Shown: positions 38,331 through 51,849, numbered from the stretch's first letter. The stretch is DNA of 64,000 nucleotides from Octopus vulgaris (GCA_951406725.2 OX597817.1:134106001-134170000), one strand, 5' to 3'. Numbers and translations: made by a program. Notes: generated by a model from the letters alone, not told the origin.

Positions 38331-39722
38331 TGTCACAAATACACATTCTCTTCCTAACTGCTAAATAGCTGTCCCCATTCCTCAAACACGTCGACAACAC
38401 TTGACATACCACACCCCATGCTACTTGTCGAAAACTCCTCTCATCTTCTTACCACCTACATTCTCCACAATCTTATGTGTGCAACGTTTTAAAGTAGATC
38501 TTACACACACATACACACAGTGTGTATATATGTGTGTGTGTCTTTGAAAGTGTTTGTATAAGCATGTGCATATGAGTATGTATACATGTATCTATGCATG
38601 TGTTCATATGCTTTTGCATGTGTATATATACATGTGCATGTGTATGCCAGTATGTGTGCGTGTGTATGTGTTTATACTTTACCCACATATCGGGGGTGTA
38701 TATTATATAATATCTACGCTACACCATTTCTACAAAGTTTGATAGTCTTATTCTATCTGAACTGTTCATATACGCGGCTAAATGTTTACAATAGTTCTGT
38801 CTGTCAGTCCGTCTATCTATTTCAGTTAGTTTTCTATCTCTCCCCCACCACCATTTTTTAAACTCTTCATTTCCTTAACAAATCCCTTATTTTTTTCTTA
38901 GACCAGTCTGATATAACCTTGTAATTTTTCGTGAAACTATTAATGTGGAAGAGGAAAATCCATGAAATATCGAATGGCTTTATTTGCCATGAAGGGTATT
39001 GGTATTATATTTAACTCTCCAGAGGTTTCCCCCACATTGAGAGTAAAAGAAAAGGAGCTACTTGCTTGTATTAACCATACAGGAACCCAACTGTAAACGG
39101 AAATAGTTCGAGTATTCTAAAAAATGGTAAAACGGAGTTTAATGCATGGCGAAATCTCAGATGAGATTTGAACCATAGCTCTCGGGTTTCCTGGTTAAGA
39201 AACACGGAACTACTATATCTCCATAAAAGGGACAGTGTCCCATAAAATGCATTAACCCTCTCCCCTGTGTCTATGCTAAAAAATCAACGCTGGCTAACTT
39301 TCAAATTAACAAAGCGAGTTTTCCGGCCATTCAATTTGGCCGAAGATTCTAGAAGCCGAGTTAGAGCTTTAAAAAAATGTAGTGTTCCGGGCCCCACACC
39401 ACAAAGTCAACGTTTGTTATGTATATTACAGGAACTGTAGATATTTCTTCAATATATGTTGTGATGATAAATTGTTCGTATCGTGAATGCTGTTGCTACA
39501 TATATTTATCTAGGTCATTCATCTTTTTTTTCAGCATCTGTCAACCTTTTATCTTTTTGTATCAAACACTGACACCCATGAACCACCGCGAAATATGAAA
39601 GGCCAACAACGTCGGCCTCACCGTCATGGACAAATTCATAAGGAATTTTAATTAAAATACTACTGCAAATTATATTCATTTGTAATTTACCTAATTTGCT
39701 GGCCTATATAACATATTTCCAC

Positions 39723-40228
39723 ATCTTTTATCTTTTACTAGTTTCAGTCTTTAGGCTGCGGCCGTGCTGGGGCACTGCATTGAGGAATTGTTTTAGTCAA
39801 ATGAATCGACCCAATATTTAGTATTTTTTTAAAGCCCGGTACTTAGTCTATGGGTCTCTTTTGTTGAACCGTCAAGTTGCTGGGATGTAAACACAGTAAC
39901 ACCGGTTGTCAAGTGGACACACACACACATATATACATGACAAGCTTCTTTTAGTTCTGTCTGCTAAATTGAATTCACAAGGCTTTGATCGGTCCGAGGT
40001 TATCGTACAAGACACTGTCATAAGATATCATGCAGTGGAACTGAACCCGGAACAATTTTGCTGAAGCGCCGGGTGGCTGTGTGGTAAATAGCTTGCTTAC
40101 CAACCACATGATTCCAGGTTCAGTCTCACTGTGTGGCACTTTGGGCAAGTGTCTTCTACTATAGCCTCGGGCCGACTAAAGCTTTGCGAGTGGATTTGGT
40201 AGGCGGAAGCTGAAAGAAGCCCGTTGTC

Positions 40229-40301
<73 letters not shown>

Positions 40302-40500
40302 TTGTGTGTCCGTGTTTGTCTCCCCAACATCGTTTGACAACTGATGTTGGTGTGTTTACATCCCCGTAACTTATTCGGCAAAAGAGACCGATAGAATTAG
40401 CTACTAAGCTTACAAAGAATAACTCCTGGGGTTGATTTGCTCAACTAAAGGCGATGCTCCAGCATGGCAGTAGCCAAATGATTGAAACAAGTAAAAGAAT
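39723..40500. mobile_element. Head-to-head SINE A pair (39723-40065 minus; 40066-40500 plus, full length)
   Basis: The plus copy has the head gtggctgtgtggtaaatagcttgcttaccaaccacatgattccaggttcagtc, the internal microsatellite and a complete 3' end. Confidence 0.9.
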
Positions 40501-42129
40501 AAAATAATATTTTGTTGAAAAACAAATTTTCATCATACACTTATTGAAATTTATTTGTTGGTTTATTCACGTACCCTAACTTAGTGGTTCGGCAAAAAGG
40601 AACCGATTGAATAGGTTCCAGGCAACAACAAAAAAATTACTAGATTCACTTTCGACTGAAAAATAAGTTTCTCTCGGGCGATGCTCCATTATGGCCACAG
40701 TGTAATGACCGAAACGAGTAAAAGATGAACGAAACAAGTTTCCCATTTGCATAAGTCCTCTCATACTTTCTTTGTCTCTATGATTTTCTCTCTCTCTCAC
40801 TGTGTGTGTGTGGGGGGGCGTTCCTCAACTCGTTGTCTGCCACTAAGCTTAGTATATGCTTATGTTACCTCCCTTTGTAGCTGTCTTCTGTCATCGATCT
40901 CTAACCTGCTTACCGATAATCTACTATAATCTATCTACATCACTTGTAATGCGACGTAATCTGAATGATTTCTACCCAATTCCCTCCCCCTCTCTCTCCC
41001 TGTTTTCCTCTCTCTCTTCCCTTTGCCACTCTTTCCACAGGTCTAGATTATCGTACCGTTTGATAGATTCTATTTCAATTTCCACACTACACTCGCAATA
41101 TGATCGACCTTTTATTCGTTTGACTGTTATTATCTGGTCCACTAATCCACAGTGTTAGCTCTAGACTATGGTCTTCTTTAAGTGGTGGTGGTGGTGGGTG
41201 TTAGTGACAGTTGGCGTGTCTCTAATAATCATTTTGTCATTATATTAGAGTTGCAAATTTTATATATGCATATAAATGTGTAAAAATATGCATTGCACAT
41301 ATTAGATTAATGAAAAAGTCTCCAACATGGTTTGGACGCAGCCTCAAATAGAAAGAGGGGGGATCGGAGGGGGGGCGGGAGCAGTGATGATAATGAAAAA
41401 GAAGAAAAGTGGGAAGAAGCAAAAAAAAAAAAACACTAAAAACAAAGAAAGAAATTAGCAGAACGAATAATATTATGATGAAAATTACAGCTGATTGCTA
41501 TAAAAAGAGTTGCGTTCGTGCCAGCTGCTGGAGAGAAAAAAAAATTGGGGGGGGGGGGGAGAAAAAGAAAATATAACACCTAGAAAGTAGAAACGAACAT
41601 CTACAGATGTATATGTGTATATATATATATACATACACACACAAGCCGAAACATGTATGATATGTTTAAACACACATATAAATGATAAAGTAAAGCGATA
41701 GAAACGGTCTTCCACTTATCATCTTCACAGGTCTTCAATCTTGAGAAGTGTTCAGTAGTTTTGGCTAAGACAACATCGCCACCGCTTGTAACAGAGACGA
41801 AACGTGTTTCTAATACCTTTTGAAGAGCTGTACAAAATAGATTAGTCAAAATATACACACAAGTGTGTATATATGTGTGTATGTGTATGCAACAGTTTCT
41901 ATAAGCGTGTGACTTAAGCGCGCCAGAGTACTATTCGGTCGGTATATACGCCTGTGTTCGTTTTATAGATGTGTGTGTGTTTGCGTATAATACGTGTGAG
42001 AACGTGTGTGAGCTTATAGGTATACGTAGGCCAGTTTGTGTAGAGGGGCGTGCTATTTAGCGTCTGTAACTGCGTGTGTATGTGAATGCACGCATGTATA
42101 TAGACATGTTAATGTACTTCTCGATGTGT

Positions 42130-42935
42130 GTCTTTCACTGCTTTCAGTCATTAAGCTGTATCCACGCATCGAAGAACTTTTGGTCGAATGAATCGACCCT
42201 AGTACTGGTCTTTTTTCTTTTTTTTTTTTACATAAAGCCTGGTGCTTATTCAATCGGTCACATTTGCTGAACCGTTAAGTTACGGGAATGTAAAAACACC
42301 AATACCGGTTCTCAAGAGAGACAAAGACGCGCTCACGCACGCACACACACACACAAAACATGTACTGTATGTGTTCTTGATCCAAACACTTCATGTCGCT
42401 TTGCTCTCCGATCACTTGGGCACCTGACGCACCTGTTCAGGTAAAGTCTATTTGATGGAGGAGGGAGTGAGCTAATTCACAGCACCTTTGATTACTATAA
42501 GCAAATCATTTGTTCGGGATCGTTCGGCAAAAGCTGGACACCCCTATGTTGTCTTCGACAGGAGAGTCCATCATGTATACGATATAAATGCTGGCTCGTT
42601 GATTGGTTCAATTCTCCAGTCACGCTTAAAATCGTACGGAGGAAGTGAAAGTGAAAGAGACAGAGAAAGAGAGAGAGTTAATGGTTGAAGGATGAGTGCA
42701 AAAACGGTATCATAGACAAAGAGCGGGAATAAGTAGCAGTTATTATAGGTGGAGTTATGAGAAGGTTTATTTTTTTATTTGTTTGTCATTTGACTGCAGC
42801 CATGCTGAAGCACCGCCTTTAGTCGAGCAAATCGACCCCAGGATTATTCTTTGTAAGCTTAATACTTATTCTAACACACCAGTATCGGTTGTCAAGCGAT
42901 GGTCGGGAGCGGGAGACAAACACAGACACACAGGC

Positions 42936-42979
<44 letters not shown>

Positions 42980-43300
42980 GACAATGTGCTTCTTTCTGTT
43001 TCCGTCTACCAAATCCACTCACAAGACTTTAGTCGGCCTTTGAGCCTTGAAATCTTGTACCTTCATCAGAAGTCGTATACCATGTTTTGTTTTGTTTTTG
43101 AGGCTTATCATACATCCCTCGTATATGTACACACACACACACACGTCCTTTTGTCTGCTTGTCGCTCACTACCACTTGACAACTGGTGTTCATGTGTTTA
43201 CATCCCCGTAACTTAGTTCTTCAACAAATGTGACGGATAGAATAAATACCATGCGTAGCAAAATAAAAGAAAAAGGCTAGGGTCGATTCGTTCGACTAAA
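42130..43300. mobile_element. SINE cluster: A (42130-42360 minus), C-related (42370-42570 plus), A (42775-43040 minus), A 3' fragment (43150-43300 plus)
   Basis: Matches to the consensus motifs described above. Confidence 0.75.
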
Positions 43301-43317
43301 ATAATTAAGAGACTATA

Positions 43318-43413
<96 letters not shown>

Positions 43414-43418
43414 CACAC
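43318..43418. repeat. (TC)n(TA)n(CA)n microsatellite
   Basis: Direct. Confidence 0.95.
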
Positions 43419-43919
43419 AGTACATGTATTGGTGTTAAACCAGTGCAGCCATTTCTAACGACTCTTAATTAATTAAAACATTACATCATTGTAAAGAAAC
43501 CGTTTTCGTCAGATGAATCCATAAAAAGGACAGTCGAACATTTACAGTGATTCTGCTACTAATTCAGTTGACAGAATAAAGTTACCGGGATATTTGACCA
43601 GGAAAAGAGATTTAGAGGTTGGTAGAGCTTTTAGGAGGGGCTAGCAATAACAAACTCCAGTGACCCACTTATTTTTACTTCTAACAAGAGAGGAGGGGGA
43701 AGCTCCCTTAGTCTAGGTTCATCTATTAGGGAGTTGCTTTAGTAGTAAGAAAACGATTTGTGGTCAGGTCGCCCCCCACCTACTACTAAATTATCAAGGT
43801 CGTTTGTGATGGAATCTACATGCAAGCTTTATCTCCACAAGTCGACATGGCAAAGGGTAGTAACAAGGAAGTAAGGAATAAGGGGAGGGGATAAGGAGAA
43901 AAAAGAAAGAAGGGTGACC

Positions 43920-44320
43920 GACAGGCATGGTTGTCTAGTAAGTAGCTTGCTTACCAACCACATGGTTCCAGGTTCAGTCCCACTGCGTGGCACCTTGGGC
44001 AAGTGTCTTCTGCTATAGCCTCGGGCCGACCAAAGCCTTGTGAGTTTATTTGGCAGACGGAAACTGTAAGAAGCCCGTCGTATATATTTATATGTATATG
44101 TGTATGAGTGTGCATGTTTGTATATCTTTGTTTGCTCCCCCTCGACCATCGCTTGACAACCGATGGTGGCGTGCTTATGTCCCATTAACCTAGCGGTTTG
44201 GTACAAGAGACCGCTAGGATAAGTACTAGGCTTACAAAAAATAAGTCCTGGGATCGATTTGTTCGGCTAAAGGTGGTGCTCCAGCATGGCCTTAGTCAAA
44301 TGAGTGAAAAAATAAAGAAC
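43920..44320 (+). mobile_element. SINE family A, full length
   Basis: caaccacatggttccaggttcagtcccactgcgtggcaccttgggcaagtgtcttctgctatagcctcgggccgaccaaagccttgtgag through ccagcatggcc. Confidence 0.92.
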
Positions 44321-44681
44321 TGTTACTAATTACCGTAATATTAGCAGAGGAAGGTTGGGTGGGGTCGGGGAAAAATTCTAAACTATGACCGAGCATCATT
44401 TGAAGGGGTACAAAATGAACCTTCTACAATGAAACAGTGTTGTAATATTTCGGCAAGAAGAGAAATTAAATAGAGGGAAATAATTAAAAGGTATTTTAAA
44501 TAACGAGAAAGAGGAATGCTTTAACACATAAAATTGATAAGGAAATTGGAATATAGAGGATATAAATAGTATTAGGGTTAAAATGAAGATAAATAGAATT
44601 TATAAAAGAGATCCCAAGAAAATTGAAGCAAAAAGTGTTTTTAACATACACACCAATTACCTGTATAATACACACTTTGTT

Positions 44682-44900
44682 AAGGCGGCGAGCTGGCAGA
44701 ATCGTTAGCACGCTGGGCGAAATGCTTAGCAGTATTTCGTCTGCCGCTACGTTCTGAGTTCAAATTCCGCCGAGGTCGACTTTGCCTTTCATCCTTTCAG
44801 GGTCGATACATTAAGTATCAATTGCGTCCTGGGGTTGATATAATCGACTGGCCCCACTCCTCCAAAATTTCAGGCTTTGTACCTCGAGTAGAAAGGAATA
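44682..44900 (+). mobile_element. SINE family B, full length, Nin/Deu-type domain
   Basis: Head ggcggcgagctggcagaatcgttagc...gagttcaaattcc; body gaggtcgactttgcctttcatcctttcagggtcgata...taagta resembles the Deu/Nin domain of AmnSINE1-type SINEs (recalled, not aligned). Confidence 0.9.
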
Positions 44901-45146
44901 TACACTTATATGTGTGTGTGTGTACGCAATCGCGCGCGCCATAATTATTCACTCAAACGTGCTGAAGTTATTGTGTATATTATTGCCAACTATGTTCGCG
45001 GCATAATTTTTAAAGTGGTAGCCCAGAAAATTACGTGTCAGAGAATAGTCATAGAAAAGTGTGCGCCATACGTCAAGTAGAGTATATGTTTGTTGTAAAG
45101 ACAGTCATGGTCTTTACTCGGAGTTTCAAGGATACACAAAAATGTC

Positions 45147-45520
45147 AGGCGTAGGTGTTTGGTTTGAAGATTTTTATCCCAATGAGATGGTTCCGTGTTC
45201 AACTCCACTGCACGACACGTTTGGCAGTGGTGTGTTACTATAGCCTCTGATTGAACAAGGCCTTGTGAGTGAAGTTGGTAGATAGAAACTGAATGAAGCC
45301 CATCGTCTACATATGCATGTTATTTGTGTGTGTGTGTTCCCACACTGCTTGACAACGGGTGTTTATGTCCTCGTCGCCTAGCGGTTCGGCAAAAATACCG
45401 ACACAGTACGTACCAAGTTAAGACTAAGTACTGGGGAAGATTTATTCGTTCGGCTAAATCCCTTCATGACGGTTTTCCAACATGTTTGCGGTGCAATGCC
45501 TGAAGCAAGTAAAAGATAAG
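45147..45520 (+). mobile_element. SINE family A, diverged
   Basis: ccttgtgagtgaagttggtagatagaaactgaatgaagccc...gcttgacaac...tagcggttcggcaaaa. Confidence 0.8.
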
Positions 45521-46187
45521 ATACAGATTAGAGGGAGATTTTTTCAACTAACTGCATGGATAATCTCAGTATATTACATTTCCCTGAAGTATTTTGCCTG
45601 AGCCAAATTGCAGGTTCTCATTAAACTAACGAATACTAAGCCAAAACCAAACTCTTTCATCGCCAGTGGCGGTGCTGACAGATTATATTTCCTACGCAAG
45701 GGAGGTGAGCCAGGCACGAAGTCTGTCGTAACATAATATTAATTCGAGATTGTTATAATAAACCAACATCTCCAGCTGAGAAGAGATCTCAGTGACTAAT
45801 TTTACTCAAACATGAAAGTGATAAAAAAATAAACTTGTTAGGATAATTAATAAAATTAAGGAGAACCATTGAATGAAAACTGACAACGAATTCTCCCCAA
45901 GGTACTGTAGAAAATCTTGTATAAGACGTCAACAAAAACAAATAGAATTCCGATTCAGTGAGGGAGTAGTAGGTGGGGACTCTAATCGTAAATAGAGACC
46001 ATGGTGGGAATAAGCACATCTAAAGTCTATCATGGTGTAGCGATAAATCTATAACTCACCTTGAAGGTCAAGGACACGCACTCGAACAGCAAGGAATCCT
46101 AAGTAGGTATTATATAGAGACACACAAAGAATTGATCTAACATCATATGAGGCATATTATTGCTAACTATGAGACAATATTTTCGCA

Positions 46188-46630
46188 GTATCATCATCAG
46201 CCACCCGCCAAGATATCCTCCTTGTGTCCAAAGGAGTTGACTTGGCAAGACTCTCCAGTTCTCTTTGTGCTGCATGCATACAGTCAGTCAGGCTCTTGTT
46301 TCCAGTCCATTCTTTGATGGCATCAGTCCACAAACGTCTTTTGACGGATTCTTACTCTCTTCTCTTTCACAACTCCTGACAGAATGGTCTTGGGCTCGCG
46401 GCACATTTTATGTCCAAAATGTGATAGTTTTGTGGACTTGATTCTCAACAATAGGTGTCTTTGAACTTTCAACTTTTCTAGAACCGCAGCAGTTGTTACC
46501 TCGTCTTCCAAGCTTTTTTGCTCAATCTTCTAAAAATTTACATCTCAAAGCCATTTATCTTTTTTTTCTACTGTTCTGAACATTGTTCAAGTTTCTGTCA
46601 CGTAAAAGATTGGTATAACATGTCCTTAGA
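46188..46630 (-). pseudogene. RTE-clade LINE 3' fragment
   Basis: VTTAAVLEKLKVQRHLLLRIKSTKLSHFGHKM...KTILSGVVKEKRVRIRQ (compare NxxVL...IKxRKLxYFGHxMR...GxVEGKRxRGRQ); (GAT)n tail. Confidence 0.8.
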
Positions 46631-48589
46631 AGAAACAAAATCACGAATAAAAATATTAAAACGAAGATACGAGATTTAATACGTATTTGTGAAAACTGAA
46701 AATAAAAACGGTATCCAAACCTGTTTGGAGACCATTTTTATTTTCCAAACTTGTTTGGATGTAACAAAAAAGTACCACCATAATGGAAATAATTTTCCCC
46801 ACTTGATGTTAATGTGGGAAAATTGCAAGGACGACATTCAAAGTTTAAAAATCCAGAATGTAAAATATATACACTTTCAATATTTTATATCAGTTATTAT
46901 TGTGGTTACTACATATGAACTAAACACCCAAGCCCAAACTATAACTAACTTCGATTCTTGGAGAAATAAAAACCATTATAACGCAGCCGATGTTCGCCAT
47001 ATCTGAGAAATACCTAGCAAAAGAATAACAATTTGCTGGCTTTTTTTAGTGTTTTCTTTACAACTTAACCGCCGACCTAACGGCAAGACAAAACAAACAC
47101 AGCAAGTCTATTACAGGGTGCGAACATATAGTATAAATAGTTTCAATATTACGAGGAAGCTTCCCACAGAACGGTCTTACAATAGAACCTAAGCTGCCAG
47201 GTGAGAATTACAAGAATCTTGCAGCTGTGATGATCTCATTTATCACGAAATGACAAGAAATATTTCAAGAGAATAAAATGTATGGCCATTACAATTATTA
47301 GAACACAAGTCTATCTCTAGCAGCATCTTTTGTTTTGACTTTTGGTCCAGAAATTGAAGTCACGGTAGACACAAAATATTGTTTGTTTTAGGCTCGTACG
47401 GTGTCTGTGTGGCCTAAAAGATGTATGTGCATCCTTTTATAGATGTCTGCTTTGTTTTCGATATATGTTCGGAACCCTGTAGAAATGTAGTTCTTAATAT
47501 TGTGTCTTTGTATGTTATTGTGTGAAATATAACTTTGGTTGGACTTGCTAGCAAAATGCTAAATAGATTTCATAGAAGCCACTTTCATTTATATGTTTGT
47601 TACAGAAGAGTTCTTCAGAAGTAATTTGAAAAGTATAGCCGAGTAGATGGATCTTTAATGAACTCCCTTCTGATTTTCCCATATTGGATATTTTAGATTT
47701 GTTTTATTGTACTCAATACAGGATTAGCGACAGGAAAGATTCTTACTTTTGGCGTTTTTTTTTTGTGTTAAGCAATTGTTTAGAACCAGGTTTGTTTTTA
47801 AATCTCAGGCAAACCCTGATCCAGCTGATCAATAATCGAAATAATTTTAATCACGACCATCTCATTTTTTTACAAGTAATGGGTTACGTAGTTTAATTTA
47901 TTCTTTATTGAGGACAATGTGGGATTTCAGGTAGATTTGATTGACGCATATGTACCACAAACACTACCGAGCTCTTTTAAACGTTATATTATTAGCAAGC
48001 CGAATGACTGAATAAAAACTCCCTCATTATCATGCTTCCCTGCTGTCCTTCGGCAAGCGAAAACGACCCGACAGCACGTACTACATTTTCATTAGCTGTT
48101 TTAGGTTCCTTTGTAATCGCGAACAAAAACAGACATTGTCTCGGCCTCCTATCAAAGATGCGATAACTGTACGCTGCACCGGCACGAGGAGACTCGTTTT
48201 CAGCTGAACAAACTTTAGCAATGTGAAATGATGCACTTTGCACTAAGGACACAAATTGCCATTCGGTGCGGTCCTTGAATCGACGATCTCATTAAAGGGA
48301 GCCGAACTTCTTATTCGCAACACCACGTGACACCACTTTTATATTTATTAATGATATATTTCTAGCAAGTCGAGTGACAGGGAAGTTGCAACGACTCGCG
48401 CTTTCCGTAGAGATACGTAGTTGTACATGGACAGAAGATGGCTTTACTGGCATTCTTGATCGAAAGCGAAAGCGACAAGACGAGAAGAGTTATTTTAATT
48501 TCTTGTGTGTGTGTGTGTGTGTGTGTGTGCGTATGTATGTATGTATGTGTGTGTGACTGAGTCGGTATTTATCCTGCAACATTGCAAGA

Positions 48590-48765
48590 CAACAGGTGTT
48601 GGTGTGTTTACATCCCCGTAACTTAGAGGTTAGGCAAAAAGGACTGATAGAATAAGTAACAGGCTTGAAAATAAAAAAGGAGCACTAGGGTCGATTCGTT
48701 CAACTATAATTCTGCAAAGCGGTGCCCAAGATTGGTCGCAGTCTAATGACTGAAACGAAAGACAA
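48590..48765 (+). mobile_element. SINE family A, 3' half
   Basis: ggtgtttacatccccgtaacttag...gggtcgattcgttcaac. Confidence 0.8.
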
Positions 48766-48789
48766 AATATATGATACATACATACACAC

Positions 48790-48821
<32 letters not shown>

Positions 48822-48825
<4 letters not shown>

Positions 48826-49027
48826 GGGAGTTTACGAAAAAAACAAAGCACGAAGACAGGTGGTGTACAAAACAAACATATGTATTTGTATAACGCTCAG
48901 GAATAGAAAATGTCTTTTACGTTTCGTGCCTACGCTCTTCTACAGAAAGGGACACAAAAAAAAAATAAGGAGAGAAAAATGTGTGTAGTGGCTAACGATC
49001 TATCATGGCGACTGCCAGACAGAAGGG

Positions 49028-49028
<1 letters not shown>
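48822..49028 (-). mobile_element. Insert flanked by (TA)n, related to 18931-19066; hammerhead-like motif; probable Penelope pLTR remnant
   Basis: (TA)n on both sides; minus strand ctgtagaagagcgtaggcacgaaacgtaaaag...ttcctgagcgt shares agagc...cgaaacgt and ttcctgagcgt with the 18931 insert. Confidence 0.55.
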
Positions 49029-49073
<45 letters not shown>

Positions 49074-49459
49074 TTGACTGCATATACTGCGTGTGTATAT
49101 AGACTTGTCCAGAAATATACTGGAGATTGTAATGTCATTGGATTTCCATCGTTAGCTTATTTCGTAGTACATATAAGAAAACGTTTTGTACTTTTTTTCT
49201 TTTGGTCATTGATGACTGAGTTAGGATAATGATGGGCAAGTGTTTTGGGGGAAAATAGTTGGGCAATATTTACTTTGTGGTAGTCATGTGAAGGAGGAAG
49301 TGACGGCTAGAGTTGAGTGAATATAGTCGCTGTTGTTTAAATCTAAGATGTTTCTAAGCAATCATATTTATGGTCAAGTTCCCTGAAGCTAAGACAAAAC
49401 CTATCTCGAACCACATCTAATGGGGCCTTTCATTTTTAGGGTTTTATAGCATTATTTAA

Positions 49460-49620
49460 TGGCGGCGAGTTTACAGAATCGTTAGCTCGTTGGAAAAACG
49501 TTTAGCGATATTTCTTTCGGGTCTTTACATTCTGAGTTCATATCCCGCCAAGGTCAACTTTGCCTTTCATCCCATTGAGGGTCGATGAAATTAAGTACTA
49601 GCCAACAACTGCGATCGATG
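49460..49620 (+). mobile_element. SINE family B
   Basis: ggcggcgagtttacagaatcgttagc...aggtcaactttgcctttcatcc. Confidence 0.8.
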
Positions 49621-49865
49621 TCTGTTGGCCTTGAAATCTGCAGCAAATCGAAGTCCCTTTCAGGGGAACATGTTGTGATCATGGTCGCTTATGGAAACTG
49701 AGCAGCCGGCTTTATGAGTCCTAAAGTTCAAGGAAACGAAATTGCAGTTGTAGCAGTATATTTATTTCGCCTGAATGAATGTCGAGATATTTAGTTAGCA
49801 GAGATTGAATTTGCATTTGAAGTTGAAAACCTCAGTGTTCGATATGTACTCACTACATCCAAGTG

Positions 49866-49904
<39 letters not shown>

Positions 49905-50635
49905 CGGATACGACTCGGTGAGCAACAACTTAAGACATGGCTCCCAGAGTATGTTATAATTGAAAACGGTTTCCTTTGTCCAAATCAATTGTGGGAATGT
50001 TCTTTTGTGTGAAAAAAAAAAAGAAAAGATTATTAAAGAATAAAAGAAAAGCAAAACAACAGATTTACAGCCTGGCTAATATTTTATGAAATACTATGAC
50101 AAGATGGATTTTCTGTTCGGATATATTTTGGTGGAAAACTTTGTGAATAATGTTGAATGCTCGTTGGCCAATTGATGTGAAATAACTGTGTTTGTCCAAC
50201 CGTGATTAGGTTTGGGGATGTTTTATTTTGGAAAAGGCGAAGACATGATGGCTGACTGCTAAATTTAGCTGCAGTTTCGTTTCTGATAAATTCACTACGA
50301 ACTGAAGAAAATATAGACTCTAAGGAGAGAGAAGAACAGTTAGTGTTCCTCGGCGGCAAACTCTATTCCTGATAATGCATATATGAGTGTATGTGCACAC
50401 ACACACACCTACACAAATAAACAAATAAGTAAACAACTGTTATATATAATTACGTTCACATATCGGCATATATATATATGAGAGGGAGAAAGAGAGTGTC
50501 TCGCATACGTGTGTGATGTGATTTATTAGATTCGTAGAAGGAACACATACATATACAATGTTTACGCAGCCGTTTCGTGAGAGAGAGAGAAAAAGAGAAA
50601 AAACGAGGGAGATATAATAAGTAGACCTCGAACTG

Positions 50636-50668
<33 letters not shown>

Positions 50669-51229
50669 GTAGATCTAGATAGATAGATGATGCGGAGAGA
50701 TGTAATATGTGTGAAATAAGAACGAAATAAAGCTAAAATTTTCCAATCTAATGAGGATAACTCCTAACCCAGAATTATAAAGAAAAAAAACAAACTGCAC
50801 AAAGAACACTGATGATGGCACCAGCACCAGAATAATTTCTTGAGGTTTGTATGCAACGTTTCGGTGGCAATGAACATGAAAACAGAAACCTTAGACAAAT
50901 TATTCACATCAGTAAGATATGCTATCTGCAAGAAGCTAATGTAAGATGCAAACTTACCGAAGATATGAGGTATTTAAAGGTGTTAGGTATCACGACTTTT
51001 CAAGAATAACAAAGATTGTCTTCTTACCAATCAACACAAACAAAACCTGAAACATTGTAGCGAGTTTAAGCATTCATGTACGGCTTATGAAAAATAAACT
51101 TCGATATGGCGTCGTCACTGACAGCAGTCATTCGACGTAGCGCTTGGTTGGTGTGCAATTTCCTTCTTACGAATCTGTTCACCTACATTAGTAATGATTA
51201 CGAAGCAACTGTTGAAAATGTATGAATCT

Positions 51230-51443
51230 TTCTAGTTTTGGCACCAGGCCTGAAATACTAAAGGGATAGGGAATTAATAGAATGCATCAACTCCAGTACT
51301 TGACTGCTACTTATTTTTCTCAACCCCCGAAAGGATAAAAGTAATAGTTGACCTCGGCGGAATTTGTACTCAGAACGTAATGATCTTGAAGAAAAGCATT
51401 TTGTCCTGTGCGCTCACGATTCTGCCAGCTCACTACCGTCTTA
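51230..51443 (-). mobile_element. SINE family B
   Basis: ccccgaaaggataaaag...gacctcggcggaatttgtactcagaacg...cgattctgccagctc. Confidence 0.8.
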
Positions 51444-51594
51444 AGGAAGTCAACCAATAAAGAAATAAACAAGTTTTCTCCCCTATTCAACCTGACTGAA
51501 GTCAATTTCCTCCCGACATCAATTATGAACTGAGTAAGTTGGTTTTCTTTATTGTGGAGATATTATCTCTGAATAAATTATATCAGTAATCTTT

Positions 51595-51830
51595 CGTCTT
51601 TCATTTCTTTGCCATTGGACTGCGGCCATACTGGGACATCGCTTTGAAAGTTTAGTCAAACAATCGACACCAGTACATCTTCCTAAATCTGCTACTTATC
51701 TTACAATTCCTTTTAGCCGGACCGCTAAGGTACAGGGTCGTAAACAAACCATCAGCGGTTGCCAGATAAGGAGAGGAGAGGAACACACACACACAACGGA
51801 CTTGCACACAGTTTCTGTTTCTCAAATTTA
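51595..51830 (-). mobile_element. SINE family A fragment
   Basis: gactgcggccatactggg...ccgctaaggtacaggg. Confidence 0.7.
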
Positions 51831-51849
51831 TTCATTGGAGTTACAAGAG

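Noticed and set aside
41700-41850. Possible host exon (acceptor-like sites on both strands, 85-aa ORF)
   Set aside because: No matching donor site, no recognisable protein and no partner exons; cannot be supported without RNA-seq
47992-48252. 86-aa minus-strand ORF
   Set aside because: No recognisable domain and a non-ATG start; treated as non-coding
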